This document shows, in pieces, positions 51,301 to 60,602 of a stretch of DNA of 64,000 nucleotides. The notes under the pieces are model-generated. The model had not been told where the DNA came from and ran no database searches. It saw only the letters and a list, made by a program, of their open reading frames with translations. The first letter of the stretch is position 1. The number at the start of each line of letters is the position of its first letter. Both the position numbers and the translations under genes were made by a program. Source of the stretch: an uncultured delta proteobacterium (GTDB lineage: Bacteria > Desulfobacterota > Binatia > UBA9968); the NCBI GenBank assembly GCA_963760795.1, contig CAVXEP010000019.1, positions 192,001-256,000 on the forward strand. Direction: 5' to 3'.

Positions 51301-51749
51301 CTCATCTCCAACAAGCCGTTGCCGCGCGACAGTTCTTTATCCGGCAGCATTTCCGGCAAGATGCCGTACTTGGCGGGGCTGAAGAAGGCCGAGTGCAGGC
51401 CCATCAAGAAAACCGCCGCGAGCATGGGCCGGATGTCCGCGAAGTAGAATGACACCAGGACGAAAATCATGATGGCGATTTCGGCCGCTTTCACCGCCAC
51501 CAGGATTGTCCGCTTGCTATAGACGTCGGCGAGATGGCCGGCATAACCGGAAAACAGCGCCGACGGCAGGATAAATAGGATGGCGATCAGTTCGACGTAG
51601 AAATCGCCGCCGTGCCCGGCCAAGCTCAGGGCGACGAACGAGACCACGATTTTTAAGAAATTGTCATTGAATGCACCTAAGAACTGGGTGCAGAAGAAGG
51701 CAAGGAATCCCGGCTGTTTGAGCGTGACGGTGTAGTTGCCGTTATTCAT
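48357..51749 (-). CDS. aas: Aas-like trifunctional protein: LplT-type MFS + PlsC-type acyltransferase + acyl-ACP synthetase
   Basis: TQFLGAFNDN and FFSPAKYGILPE; NHVSFVD (HX4D) and IFAEG; FSSGSTGTPKG, EGYGCTE and WYVTGD. Confidence 0.92.
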   Translation of the reverse strand: MNNGNYTVTLKQPGFLAFFCTQFLGAFNDNFLKIVVSFVALSLAGHGGDFYVELIAILFILPSALFSGYAGHLADVYSKRTILVAVKAAEIAIMIFVLVSFYFADIRPMLAAVFLMGLHSAFFSPAKYGILPEMLPDKELSRGNGLLEMSTFMAIILGTSVGSAIFSVWKNQLPRIGLIMIAIAIAGYLTSLRIARVPASGSTKLLNLNPFGEITDGLRRLRRERALWFTVLGISYFWFLGALVNINILFFGKELLQLDEFHIGLLGTFLAIGIGIGSLAAGKLSGDHIELGLVPLGSVGMGICLALVAWAAPSYPHTALALMLLGFAAGLFAVPLNALLQQRSGKEEKGQLIATNNFLNTIGIALAAALHWFLKTPLQLSPDTIILLIGLFTLAGTLAILYLLPDYFVRFVVWLLTNTLYRIRVVGGQNIPLQGPALLVCNHVSFVDALLVGAPQPRFVRFMLHREYYDLKSLNWFFRLMHAIPVSANNRRDIVQSLKRARNELENGHVVCIFAEGAISRTGRLLPFKRGFEKIVEGSDIPIVPVHLDQLWGSIFSFKDGKFFWKWPMQFPYSVTVSFGAPLPPTSSVVQVRNAILELESEAVEYRRLPGDLLHAKFVEMAKRHWSRFCMADTTGTELTYGKALIGSLLFCRWLRSHCAGQSMIGVILPASVGGALVNIATLLAGKVPVNLNFTGGKESTAAALAQCKITTIVTSRTFLDKANLEKMDGMVFVEEIRQTFTGARKLAIAVKAYVTPARWLNRRARKQQRSNDLATIIFSSGSTGTPKGVMLSHHNIISNVEAIGQVIQFTPQDRIMGILPLFHSFGFTATIWLPLLTGFGAVYHPNPTDAKTIGETVEKYRASLLISTPTFYVSYWRRCTKEQFASLRYVISGAEKLRAQIAKGYQDKFGITLLEGYGCTELSPVVAVNTPDVVHDKEKQTGHKPGTVGHPLPGVATKVIDPDGGETLGPGEEGLLLVKGPNVMLGYLNQQNLTDQAMRQGWYVTGDIATIDEDGFIAITDRLSRFSKIGGEMVPHMKIEEMINDLLGSPASVVTAIPDEQRGERLVVFYAKNGVSREELWDQLNKSALPKLWVPKREDLHAIDEIPILGSGKADLKRVKAMALEKAIA

Positions 51750-51879
51750 TGTTGCTGGCTAATTTACTCGGCTCCGCGCGGTTCGGCAAGGTCGAAGCCA
51801 CGCCAATCCCGTCTATTCGGTTGCGCCTTGGTACAACCAGGCGCTTGCGTAAACGTGATGAAATTCACATAATCTGCCC

Positions 51880-52653
51880 ATGGAATTGACTCATTTAACA
51901 GTCCCGCAGTGGCAGAAGTACGACGGTTTGCTGCATGGCTTCACGGGCCGGCGCGGCGGCAGGAGCGTCGGACGCTATGCCGGGCTCAACGTTTCCTACC
52001 GCGTCGGCGACGATAACAAAGTGGTCAGCCAAAACGTTTGCGATGTGAAGCTGGCGATGGGTATCCACGACGGCAAGATCGTTACCATGCAACAGGTCCA
52101 TGGCGATAACCTCATCGAGGTCACGGACAAACAGACGAAAGAAGCCGGCGCAGCCGACTCCATGGTGACCGCCGAGAACGGCGTCTTTCTCGGTGTGCTC
52201 ACGGCGGACTGCGTGCCGCTGTTGTTCATTGCACCGAAACAACGGCTGGCCGCGGCGGTCCACGCGGGCTGGCGCGGCACGCTCGCGGGGATTGCCTCGA
52301 AGACCGTCGACTATTTTATGAGCCGCTACAATGTCGGAGCAGGCGACTTGGAAGTGGCGCTCGGTCCGTCCATCGGCGTGTGCTGCTATGAGGTCAACGA
52401 CGACGTCGCGACACCGCTGATGAAAAAATGGGGCGCGTTGACGACGCCGAGCATCGCAATGAAAGACGGCAAGCCCCATATCAATTTGAGCAGGCTCAAT
52501 CGCGATATACTGCGCGCCGCCGGCGTGCCCGGCACGCAACTCTTTCAAATCGGCCCCTGCACCGGCTGCGCCGCCGATGATTTTTTTTCTTACCGCCGCG
52601 AAGGGGGGGAGACCGGCCGGCAGATCGGTGTGGTCGGTTGGCAGGCGACTTAA
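51880..52653 (+). CDS. pgeF: Peptidoglycan editing factor PgeF / YfiH (laccase-domain protein)
   Basis: HGFTGR.GG.S, QVHG, TADCVPLL, HAGWRG, GPSI..CCYEV, FFSYRR. Confidence 0.93.
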   Translation: MELTHLTVPQWQKYDGLLHGFTGRRGGRSVGRYAGLNVSYRVGDDNKVVSQNVCDVKLAMGIHDGKIVTMQQVHGDNLIEVTDKQTKEAGAADSMVTAENGVFLGVLTADCVPLLFIAPKQRLAAAVHAGWRGTLAGIASKTVDYFMSRYNVGAGDLEVALGPSIGVCCYEVNDDVATPLMKKWGALTTPSIAMKDGKPHINLSRLNRDILRAAGVPGTQLFQIGPCTGCAADDFFSYRREGGETGRQIGVVGWQAT

Positions 52654-52963
52654 CGTCTTGGTCGTTATATCTTCCGCAATAGCAACAATATCGGGACTGT
52701 CCTGACGCGGGATACCGCCGTGACAAATCTATAAGCGAGGCGATGGAGGTTACGCCGACGGATCACTCGTGCGAGGTGAAATTTGCGAGAGCGTGGTTAT
52801 ATCAGCGGTGCCGAAAATCCAGAAGTCTTTGCGTGTTCCATCAATAACTCTCGTTGTCTCGGCTTGAGGGCCTTGGCGATCGCGCTTACCGGCCGGTTTC
52901 GGGGCGCCCCCTATACTGGATGCCCGGCTGGACTGCTCTCATCGTGCGCGACACCGTTTGCAG

Positions 52964-53083
52964 TTAACGAAGGATATTAACATGACGTTCCTGCTCTTTT
53001 TGAAACTTGTAAAACTCGGATTCGGGAATCCCCAAGATTGTCAGCGCGTGGCGTAATCTAGCGTCTTCATTATTGCTGTCCAT
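52964..53083 (-). CDS. Possible small protein (39 aa)
   Basis: MDSNNEDARLRHALTILGIPESEFYKFQKEQERHVNILR has protein-like composition but no clear RBS. Confidence 0.25.
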   Translation of the reverse strand: MDSNNEDARLRHALTILGIPESEFYKFQKEQERHVNILR

Positions 53084-53529
53084 AAATAGTTCTTGTGCCG
53101 TGCTGTGAGCGATTGGCAGAGATTTACGCAAGCCGACAAGGGTAGCGGGCGCCATTTCCGCTGAGGAAAATTTAGCGCCCCAAGCGGTCCGACTTGTTGC
53201 TGTTCGGTTGATGGTATAGCCATGGCGGTATCTGAGCCGACCACGCGTTATTTCTCGACAAATTGTTTCCTCTCTAGAAACTGCGTCTACAGACCTCACT
53301 TGCTTGCTTGAGCCCATCTAAAATCGGCCCATAATCAGGCCGATGGAAATCTCGGCTTGGACAACAGCAGGCCAGCAATCCGGTCCGTTGAAGTTGTCTT
53401 GCGTGATCCGCTGAAGGCGCCGAAGTGCGGCAAGCGTCGGGATTACCTCACTTTCATTATGCACTCACTTATATTAAGGAATAGGCGTCATATTCGAATC
53501 GTTGTCAAAAGATTTGGGGGTTCAGCGCT

Positions 53530-54492
53530 ATGAAAATCTCCCGTCGACATTTTCTCACTAAACTCTCCGTCGGTGTCGCCGGTTTATCGCTGGCGCGCGA
53601 TTTCGCGTCGGCGCAGGTCAAGGGCAAGGTGGGTTACATGAAGATCGTCGACAATGCGGCGATGTTCATGGCGATGGAAAAAGGTTTCTTCAAAGCGGAA
53701 GGCATCGAATTGGAAACCGTGCCGATGGCCGGCGGCGCGGTGATTGTCCAGGGCGTGACATCGGGCGATTTGCAATTTGGCTGGACCAACGTGATCTCGC
53801 TCTACCAGGCCCATGCCGAAGGTTTCGACTTCAAGCTCGTCGCCGGCGGCGCTACCAACATTCGCGGCAGCAATGAAACCCATGCGATCGTCGTCGGCAA
53901 GGATTCGCCGATCAAAAGCGCCAAGGATCTCGAAGGCAAGACCGTCGCGGTCAACACGCTTAACAACATTGTCCATCTGATGGCGCTCGCCTGGGTCGAC
54001 AAAAACGGCGGTAACTCGACCAAGGTTAAGTTCGTCGAGATTCCTTTCCCGCAAATGGAGCCATCGTTAATCGCGGGCAAAGTTGACGCCATTAGCGTGC
54101 ACGAACCCTTCGCCGCGGTGGCGGCACGCCGGCCGGAGGCCCGCGTGCTGGCGAATCCCTGGGGCGACGTCCTGCCGCGCTTTTTGATCGCCAGCTGGTT
54201 CGCTTCCGACAAATGGATTCAGAAGAACCGCGGCGTCGCGCAGGGGTTTGTGCGCGCGATCAATCGCGGCGTCGATGCCCTCCGCGCCGATAAAGAAGGC
54301 GCCCGCGCGGCGATGATCAAGTGGGCCGGCCTCAACCCCGATTTCGCCGGCAAGATCGGCTTGCCGGAATTTGAAAAATCGATTGCCGAAAAAGATGTCC
54401 AAGTGACCATGGACTTGACCTACAAGTACAAGATGATCTCCAAGCCGCTTAAAGCCAAGGATGTGCTCAGCGACCTGGCGGGAAAAGCGTAA
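53530..54492 (+). CDS. ABC substrate-binding protein (NMT1/SsuA-like) with a Tat-type signal
   Basis: MKISRRHFL; [11 protein letters not shown]; [17 protein letters not shown]; EIPFPQM. Confidence 0.9.
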   Translation: MKISRRHFLTKLSVGVAGLSLARDFASAQVKGKVGYMKIVDNAAMFMAMEKGFFKAEGIELETVPMAGGAVIVQGVTSGDLQFGWTNVISLYQAHAEGFDFKLVAGGATNIRGSNETHAIVVGKDSPIKSAKDLEGKTVAVNTLNNIVHLMALAWVDKNGGNSTKVKFVEIPFPQMEPSLIAGKVDAISVHEPFAAVAARRPEARVLANPWGDVLPRFLIASWFASDKWIQKNRGVAQGFVRAINRGVDALRADKEGARAAMIKWAGLNPDFAGKIGLPEFEKSIAEKDVQVTMDLTYKYKMISKPLKAKDVLSDLAGKA

Positions 54493-54500
54493 AAGCCTAG

Positions 54501-54562
54501 TCGGGGTAATGGGTTCGGAAACACCCAACACCCCGTTACTGCATCACTCCAATACTCCATTC
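54501..54562. repeat. 8-bp periodic (ACTCCA/TGGAGT family) intergenic repeat
   Basis: GGGGTAATGGGT...ACCCAACA CCCCGTTA CTGCATCA CTCCAATA CTCCATT. Confidence 0.65.
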
Positions 54563-54574
54563 TGCTACTCTTCC

Positions 54575-55360
54575 GTGCCCATTCTCGACGTTCAATCGCT
54601 TTCGAAAAGCTACCGGCAAGCCGGTGGCGAGACTACCGTGGCGATTGGCAATATTACTTGCCAGATCGAGGCCGGTGAGTTTGTTTCCTTCGTCGGCCCT
54701 TCCGGCTGCGGCAAGACGACGCTGTTGATGTCCATCGCAGGTTTGTTGGCACCGAGTTCCGGACGCGTCATCGTCAACGGTAAGGAAGTCAGCGGGCCGC
54801 CGGCCAACTTGGTGCTGTTGTTTCAGGAGTACAATAAGTCGCTGTTCGCCTGGCGGTCGGTGCTGGGCAACGTGCGCTTCGGTTTGGCAGCGCGCGGCGC
54901 GCGCTCAAGGGGGGCGGCGGCAGCGGAAGATGAGGCGCGCAAGCTGATCGAGCTGGTCGGCTTGAAAGGATTTGAAACCCACTATCCTTGGGAACTCTCC
55001 GGTGGCATGCAGCAGCGGGTGGCGATCGCCCGGGCGCTCGCCTACGAGCCGGAAGTTTTGTTGATGGATGAACCGTTCGGTTCTCTCGATGCCCTGACGC
55101 GGCTGGAGCTCGAAGACACGCTCCTGCGGCTGTGGGCGGAACTCAAGACGACGATCCTGTTCATCACCCACGATATCGAAGAAGCGATTTATCTTTCCGA
55201 CCGCATCTGGGTGCTCAGCCGGCGGCCGTCACAAATCATTCAAGAACTCAAAAGTGATTTTCCCCGGCCGCGCCATCAAGTGACGACCCGCGCTGAAGCG
55301 CGCTTCATGGAGCTGCGCAACGACATATACCGCCAGATCGGTAACCAGGGTGCGCCGTGA
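54575..55360 (+). CDS. ABC transporter ATP-binding protein (TauB/SsuB type)
   Basis: [28 protein letters not shown]. Start reassigned to GTG at 54575. Confidence 0.93.
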   Translation: MPILDVQSLSKSYRQAGGETTVAIGNITCQIEAGEFVSFVGPSGCGKTTLLMSIAGLLAPSSGRVIVNGKEVSGPPANLVLLFQEYNKSLFAWRSVLGNVRFGLAARGARSRGAAAAEDEARKLIELVGLKGFETHYPWELSGGMQQRVAIARALAYEPEVLLMDEPFGSLDALTRLELEDTLLRLWAELKTTILFITHDIEEAIYLSDRIWVLSRRPSQIIQELKSDFPRPRHQVTTRAEARFMELRNDIYRQIGNQGAP

Positions 55361-56136
55361 ACCAGGCGAAACCTTTCAACTGGCCGGGATGGTCGAGCTT
55401 CGCATTGTTGCTTCTTTTTTGGGAGCTCAGCGCTCGTGCCACGCCCAAGCTCGAAGTCTACTTCCCGCCGGTGAGCCGGATTCTCGGCGCTCTCGGGCAA
55501 GCCCTCACCGTGGGTTCGATTACAAGTCATGCGCTGGTCACGTTGACGCGCTTTGCCGAAGGTTTCTTGCTTGCTGCGGTCCTGGCGGTGCTGTCTGGAG
55601 TCGTGCTTGGCTATTTTCGCTTCTTGAATAGCTTGTTGGCGACGCTGATTGAATTGCTGCGGCCGATGCCGTCGGTGGCGATCATTCCGGTGGCGATTCT
55701 GTTACTCGGCATCGGCGACGGCATGATCGTCAGCGTCACGGTCTATGCCAGCCTCTGGCCGATTCTCATCAACACCATCGACGGTGTGCGTAACATCGAC
55801 CACACGCTGATCGATACCGGCCGCACCTTCGGTCTCAGCCGCTGGCGGATTCTCTGGCAAATCATTCTGCCTGGCGCGTCGCCCTATATCGTCACCGGAC
55901 TGCGCATCGGCTTGTCCATCGCGCTGATCCTCGTCACCACTGCCGAGATGATCGCCGGCAGCAAGGGGCTGGGCTTCTTTATTCTCGATGAAGAACGGGC
56001 GATGAACAGCGCCAACATGTATTCCGGTATCGTGGTCGTCGCGCTATTGGGCTACGCTCTCAACCGGCTGTTCTTGTGGCTCGAAAGCCGCGCTATGAAA
56101 TGGCGCCATGGCATGATGGCGCGGCAGGCGGCGTGA
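55357..56136 (+). CDS. ABC transporter permease
   Basis: [27 protein letters not shown]. Confidence 0.92.
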   Translation: MNQAKPFNWPGWSSFALLLLFWELSARATPKLEVYFPPVSRILGALGQALTVGSITSHALVTLTRFAEGFLLAAVLAVLSGVVLGYFRFLNSLLATLIELLRPMPSVAIIPVAILLLGIGDGMIVSVTVYASLWPILINTIDGVRNIDHTLIDTGRTFGLSRWRILWQIILPGASPYIVTGLRIGLSIALILVTTAEMIAGSKGLGFFILDEERAMNSANMYSGIVVVALLGYALNRLFLWLESRAMKWRHGMMARQAA

Positions 56137-56897
56137 TGGGACTACGGCGATTCAACGGCATTGCGTTTCTCTTGGCGCTTCTAACCCTCTGGGAGCTGGC
56201 TGCCCAGGCTGAGTGGATCAATGCGCTGATCGTGCCACCGCCGTCGAAGATTCTCAGTATATTTTCCGAGCTGCTCTGGTCCGGACAGATTCCGATACAG
56301 ATCCTCGTCAGTATGAAGCGAGCGTTGACAGGCTACTTCCTCGCCGCCGTGGTGTTTATCCCGCTGGGAATCTTCATGGGACTCTCACCATCGGTTTACC
56401 GCCTTTGCGAAGTCGTCGTTGAGATGCTTCGACCGGTGCCGCCGCCGGTGGTGATCCCGGTAGCAATGTTGTTTTTCGGCTTGGGAGACGAAATGAAGAT
56501 ATTTGTGATTTTCTTTTCCTGCGCCTGGCCGATTCTCTTAAATACCATTGACGGTGTGCGCGGCATCGACTGGGTGCTCTTGAACACCGCCAGAACTTTC
56601 GGCTTGTCGCGCGGTAAAATTATCTGGCAAGTGATCTTGCCGGCTGGTTCGCCGCAGATCGTCACCGGACTGCGGGTGAGTTTACCGATCATGCTGATTC
56701 TCGTGGTGATCTCGGAAATGGTCGGTAGCACCGATGGCATCGGCTACTTTGTGCTGGATTCCCAACGCCGCTTCAAGGTCGCGCAAATGTATGCCGGCAT
56801 GTTCGCTCTGGCGCTCCTGGGCTACACGCTCAATCAGCTATTCAATCTTTTGCAGCGGTTGTTGCTGCCGTGGCAGCGGGGCAGGGAATTGGAATAA
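56136..56897 (+). CDS. ABC transporter permease (second)
   Basis: VPPPSKI, LRPVPP, SEMVGSTDGIGY. TGATG coupling to the previous permease. Confidence 0.92.
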   Translation: MGLRRFNGIAFLLALLTLWELAAQAEWINALIVPPPSKILSIFSELLWSGQIPIQILVSMKRALTGYFLAAVVFIPLGIFMGLSPSVYRLCEVVVEMLRPVPPPVVIPVAMLFFGLGDEMKIFVIFFSCAWPILLNTIDGVRGIDWVLLNTARTFGLSRGKIIWQVILPAGSPQIVTGLRVSLPIMLILVVISEMVGSTDGIGYFVLDSQRRFKVAQMYAGMFALALLGYTLNQLFNLLQRLLLPWQRGRELE

Positions 56898-57006
56898 TGG
56901 AGTACTGGAGTAGCGGGGGATTGGAGTAATCGAGTGTTGGAGTAGTGGAGTGATGGATTCCGGAATTGTATTGTCCTCCAGTACTCCATCGCTCCAACAC
57001 TCCATT
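56896..57006. repeat. 8-bp periodic tandem repeat forming a long imperfect palindrome between convergent genes
   Basis: TGGAGTAC TGGAGTAG CGGGGGAT TGGAGTAA TCGAGTGT TGGAGTAG TGGAGTGA TGGA ... TCCAGTAC TCCATCGC TCCAACAC TCCATT. Confidence 0.85.
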
Positions 57007-57011
57007 CTTCC

Positions 57012-57923
57012 TCAGACGATATGCATGCCGCCTCCGGGAGGCGGGGTCGGCTGATTTTTGCCGGGGAGCCAGGGTACGTCTTTGCGCGGGCTGTTGCCGA
57101 CGACTTTGAACTTGGCCCGGCCCATGTTGGCGAACTCGATCTCGATGGTGTCGCCGGAGTTGACCGGCGCTAATCCCTCATGAAATGTTCCGGTGGCGAC
57201 GACGTCGCCGGGACTGAGTGTCAAGAGTTTGGTCAGCCAAGCGATCTGATTAGGAATCTTATGGGCCATGGCGCTGGTATTATAGTTTTGCCGTGGCTCG
57301 CCGTTGGTCCAGGATTTCACGTTGACGTTATGGGGATCGGGAATCTCATCCTTGGTGATGATCCACGGACCGCAGCAGCCATGGGAACCTTGGCCTTTAC
57401 CGACGAATTGGGTCCGCCGCACCATGCCACGGGTCGAGATATCGAACATCGGCACATAGCCGAAAACATAGTCGAGGGCCTTTTTTTCGGTAACATCCTT
57501 GGCGGTCTTGCCGATGACGAAGGCGAACTCGGCTTCGGGTTGATAGACGACGCAAGCGGGAATATCGCGCAGTTCGACTTGACCGTCGGGGCCGACGAGG
57601 TCCGGTGATTTGTAAAAATATTCATTGGGAAAGTTGTCGGCGGTACGTTCGGGCCGGTCGATGTAGTTGCTGAAAGCGGCAAGGCATTTGCCGGGCCGCG
57701 CCAGCGGACTGAGTAGTTGGACGCTCGCCAGTGGCACGCCGTCCTGCTCGGCCAGAACCTTTTCAAACCGTTTACGATATTTGCGCCAGCCGTCGATGAT
57801 CTCTTCCATTACCCGCTGCGGGCCTTTGGCTTTGCGCGCGCTGACGGTGTTGCTGACATCCACGACCATGTTGTCGTTTTTGATCACGCCAATCTGATCG
57901 TCGTTGAAACGAAGAATCTTCAC
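57012..57923 (-). CDS. Fumarylacetoacetate hydrolase family protein
   Basis: FYKSP, PEAEFAFVIGK, FDISTR, GPWIITKDEI, LSPGDVVATGT. GTG at 57923 follows GAGGAG. Confidence 0.9.
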   Translation of the reverse strand: MKILRFNDDQIGVIKNDNMVVDVSNTVSARKAKGPQRVMEEIIDGWRKYRKRFEKVLAEQDGVPLASVQLLSPLARPGKCLAAFSNYIDRPERTADNFPNEYFYKSPDLVGPDGQVELRDIPACVVYQPEAEFAFVIGKTAKDVTEKKALDYVFGYVPMFDISTRGMVRRTQFVGKGQGSHGCCGPWIITKDEIPDPHNVNVKSWTNGEPRQNYNTSAMAHKIPNQIAWLTKLLTLSPGDVVATGTFHEGLAPVNSGDTIEIEFANMGRAKFKVVGNSPRKDVPWLPGKNQPTPPPGGGMHIV

Positions 57924-58136
57924 GTTAATCTCCTCTCGGCCCAATTTCCGCATATCTTTGCGACAACCGGATGGGCTTGTCAAACTGAAAATCCCGGCGC
58001 AATTGCGGCAAAGGAGAACTACGCGCGCCGCGGTCGCGCGCGATGTTGTCGGATGGAATCGTTCGTGGTCGCGCTTGCTTCGGCGAGCGGCTAGGGAGTA
58101 GTGGCTATGCGGGGGCGAACGTCAAAGGCAGAGGAT

Positions 58137-59129
58137 TTATTGACCGAAACGCTGCAATTCGGCATTGGCGGCGTGAAAGAACGGCGTGTTGGGCGGGCAT
58201 TGGCTCCTGGCAGCCAGCAGCCGGGCAATCGCTTCGTCCTTGGCGCCCTTGAGCAGCTTGGCTTCAGCGACGTAGAAATTGGCTTGGCATTGCTGCTCCA
58301 TTTTCACCGTCTCTTCGGCTGTCTCAGTGGCGGCGTACAAGGAAGACTCGTCGATTTTGCCGAGATAATATTCGAATACGGCCGCTGGCCAGCGTTTATC
58401 CAGCCCGGCGCGCGCTGATTGCTCGGCAAGCTCGCGCGCGGCACTGCGATCGTCATTGGCTTTACCCAAGGCCAGATAGCGCCACAGCGCCGCGTGGCGA
58501 TTGTCCGGTTTGGCGCGGACCACTTGCTGTAGCGTCTGGGCGCTCTGGAGAAAGCGGCCTTGGAAAAATAACAGATCCGCCATCGGATGAGGATCGACGG
58601 CACTGAAGCCTAAGCGCATGGCTTCTGCGTAGTCGTCCACAGCCTGATCGTAGTTGCCGGCGTCCCGGTGGGCGATGGCGCGATCGCGCAGCGTCAAAAC
58701 GTTCAGCGGTTCGAGGGCGAGAGCGTTGTCGAAGTCCTTTAGTGCTTGGCGGTAGTCACGGCTCCCTTGGTGGGCGAGGGCGCGCTGGTGCAAAGCGCTG
58801 GCGAAAGAACTGTCCTGGGAGATCGCCTTGTCAAAGTCGTGTATCGCCTGGGTGAAGTCCTTCTGCTTCGCAAAAATCTGCCCACGCAGGTAGTAGGCCT
58901 GGGTATAGTATGGGTTGAGTTGGATCGCCGCGTGCAAATCTTCCAGGGCACGCTTATGGTTGCCGTCGTTGAGATTACCCAAGGCGCGCTGGTGCAGACT
59001 GGCGGCGTCGCTCAATTGTTCGTCATTGGCCACCCGGTTGTGCGCCAGCTCGCCTGGCACTTGAGCTGCAGCGATATGGGTGAACTGGAGTGCGGCGGCG
59101 AAGAGAGTCATTCCTATGACGTTGGGCAT
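58137..59129 (-). CDS. Tetratricopeptide-repeat protein, NlpI-like
   Basis: Signal-like N-terminus; TPRs (AYYLRG...AIHDFDKAI); NlpI-like C-terminus (LWRYLA, WP...YYLGKI, CQANFY). Confidence 0.85.
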   Translation of the reverse strand: MPNVIGMTLFAAALQFTHIAAAQVPGELAHNRVANDEQLSDAASLHQRALGNLNDGNHKRALEDLHAAIQLNPYYTQAYYLRGQIFAKQKDFTQAIHDFDKAISQDSSFASALHQRALAHQGSRDYRQALKDFDNALALEPLNVLTLRDRAIAHRDAGNYDQAVDDYAEAMRLGFSAVDPHPMADLLFFQGRFLQSAQTLQQVVRAKPDNRHAALWRYLALGKANDDRSAARELAEQSARAGLDKRWPAAVFEYYLGKIDESSLYAATETAEETVKMEQQCQANFYVAEAKLLKGAKDEAIARLLAARSQCPPNTPFFHAANAELQRFGQ

Positions 59130-59419
59130 AGAGGTCCTTCTGAGCAAAACCGGTGCCACGCGCCTGACGACAGATTGATGAGCTTCTGGCAGATTCGCTG
59201 CATCAATCCTGCCGAAAACATCCGGGTTCCCCTCGGCGGGCGGACGTGGGACGGGAGCTGCAACCTGCGTTGGGCAAAATTGTCAGCGCTGCGTCTGCGT
59301 TTATGCAGGAATAATCATGCACCCTAGCCATGACTTGAATGTCACTATCGCTGGGGCGTATAGAACTAAAGCGCAGCGAAATTTCATTTCGAGCCCTCTT
59401 CGTCAGTCTTGGAGGTTGA

Positions 59420-60508
59420 ATGTTACTGATCAATAATCAGGAAGTGGAAAAACTGTTTTCGATGAAAGATTGTCTCGCCGCCCTTGAAGACGGCTACGAC
59501 GATCTGATGATTGGCGACGCGGTCTATCGGCCGCGTTTGGATTTGTGGATGCCCTGCGAACGGCCCGACGGCTACTGGCGCTGGGGCACCATGGAAGGCG
59601 CGAGTCGCAAGATCGGCGTGTTCGCGATCCGTATGAAATCGGATGTGGTTTACTGGCCCGGCGGCGAGACCGAAGAAAAGTATTGCATGCAGCCCGGCAC
59701 CTGGTGCGGTTTGGTGATGGTCTTCAGCGTGCGCAACGGCGAACCGCTGGCGATGATCAATGACGGTTTGCTGCAACATATGCGAGTCGGCGGCTGCGCC
59801 GGTCTCGGCGTAAAATATCTTGCCCGCGAGGACGCCTGTGATGTCGGTATCTTCGGCTCCGGCGGCATGGCGCGCAGCTATCTGGAAGCGATTTACCAAG
59901 TGCGCAAGCTGCACAAGGTGAAAGTCTACAGCCCGACAAAGGCGAACCGCGATCGATTTGCCCAGGAGATGACCGGCAAACTCGACATCGAAGTCGTGGC
60001 GGTGGACGCGCCGGAAAAAGTCGTGCGCGACGCCGACATCGTGGCGACCTGCACGGACTCGACGCAAACGGTTTTCGACAACCCCGAATGGCTGAAAGAA
60101 GGCGCGCATATTACCTGCGTGCGCGCCTGCGAGGTCGGGCCCAAAGTGATCAAGCAATGCGACCTGTCGGTGAAGCTCGGCAGAAATACGATCGAAGCGA
60201 TGGACGAAGGCATGGTCCGTCTCCACGGCAACGTCGGCTACATCGCCGGCCAGCCGGAAGAGCGGGCGCGCATCCCCAATCCGGCGGTGGATAATTACAA
60301 GGGCGACTATTTCAAATACTTCATGGACGTGCGCTCCGGCAAGGTCCCCGGACGGCAGAACAATAAACAGGTGACTTTCTTCATCAACGCCGGCACCCAA
60401 GGACTGCAATTCGCCGCCTGCGCCGGCAAGGTGGTCGAGCTGGCGAAGAAAGCCAAGGTCGGTCGGGAGCTGCCGACGGAGTGGTTTTTACAGGATATCC
60501 GGGATTAA
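59420..60508 (+). CDS. Ornithine cyclodeaminase/mu-crystallin family protein (intact paralog)
   Basis: MLLINNQ...GIFGSGGMA...DIVATCTDS...QGLQFA...WFLQDIRD. GGAGG RBS. Confidence 0.9.
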   Translation: MLLINNQEVEKLFSMKDCLAALEDGYDDLMIGDAVYRPRLDLWMPCERPDGYWRWGTMEGASRKIGVFAIRMKSDVVYWPGGETEEKYCMQPGTWCGLVMVFSVRNGEPLAMINDGLLQHMRVGGCAGLGVKYLAREDACDVGIFGSGGMARSYLEAIYQVRKLHKVKVYSPTKANRDRFAQEMTGKLDIEVVAVDAPEKVVRDADIVATCTDSTQTVFDNPEWLKEGAHITCVRACEVGPKVIKQCDLSVKLGRNTIEAMDEGMVRLHGNVGYIAGQPEERARIPNPAVDNYKGDYFKYFMDVRSGKVPGRQNNKQVTFFINAGTQGLQFAACAGKVVELAKKAKVGRELPTEWFLQDIRD

Positions 60509-60527
60509 CGGGATTAAGGGTCGAGAA

Positions 60528-60594
60528 CGAGGATCGATAATCGAGAATGGAAAACTCTGAGTGTCCATCTGCCATTTTCCATCGTCGATCCTCG
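60528..60594. repeat. 7-bp periodic inverted repeat between convergent genes (possible bidirectional terminator)
   Basis: CGAGGATCGATAATCGAGAATGGAAAA ... CCATCTGCCATTTTCCATCGTCGATCCTCG, with perfect 10-bp outer arms. Confidence 0.7.
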
Positions 60595-60602
60595 GTTTAC
60601 TC

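Noticed and set aside
56896-57006. Possible CRISPR array
   Set aside because: Units are 8 bp and contiguous, with no unique spacers and no cas genes.
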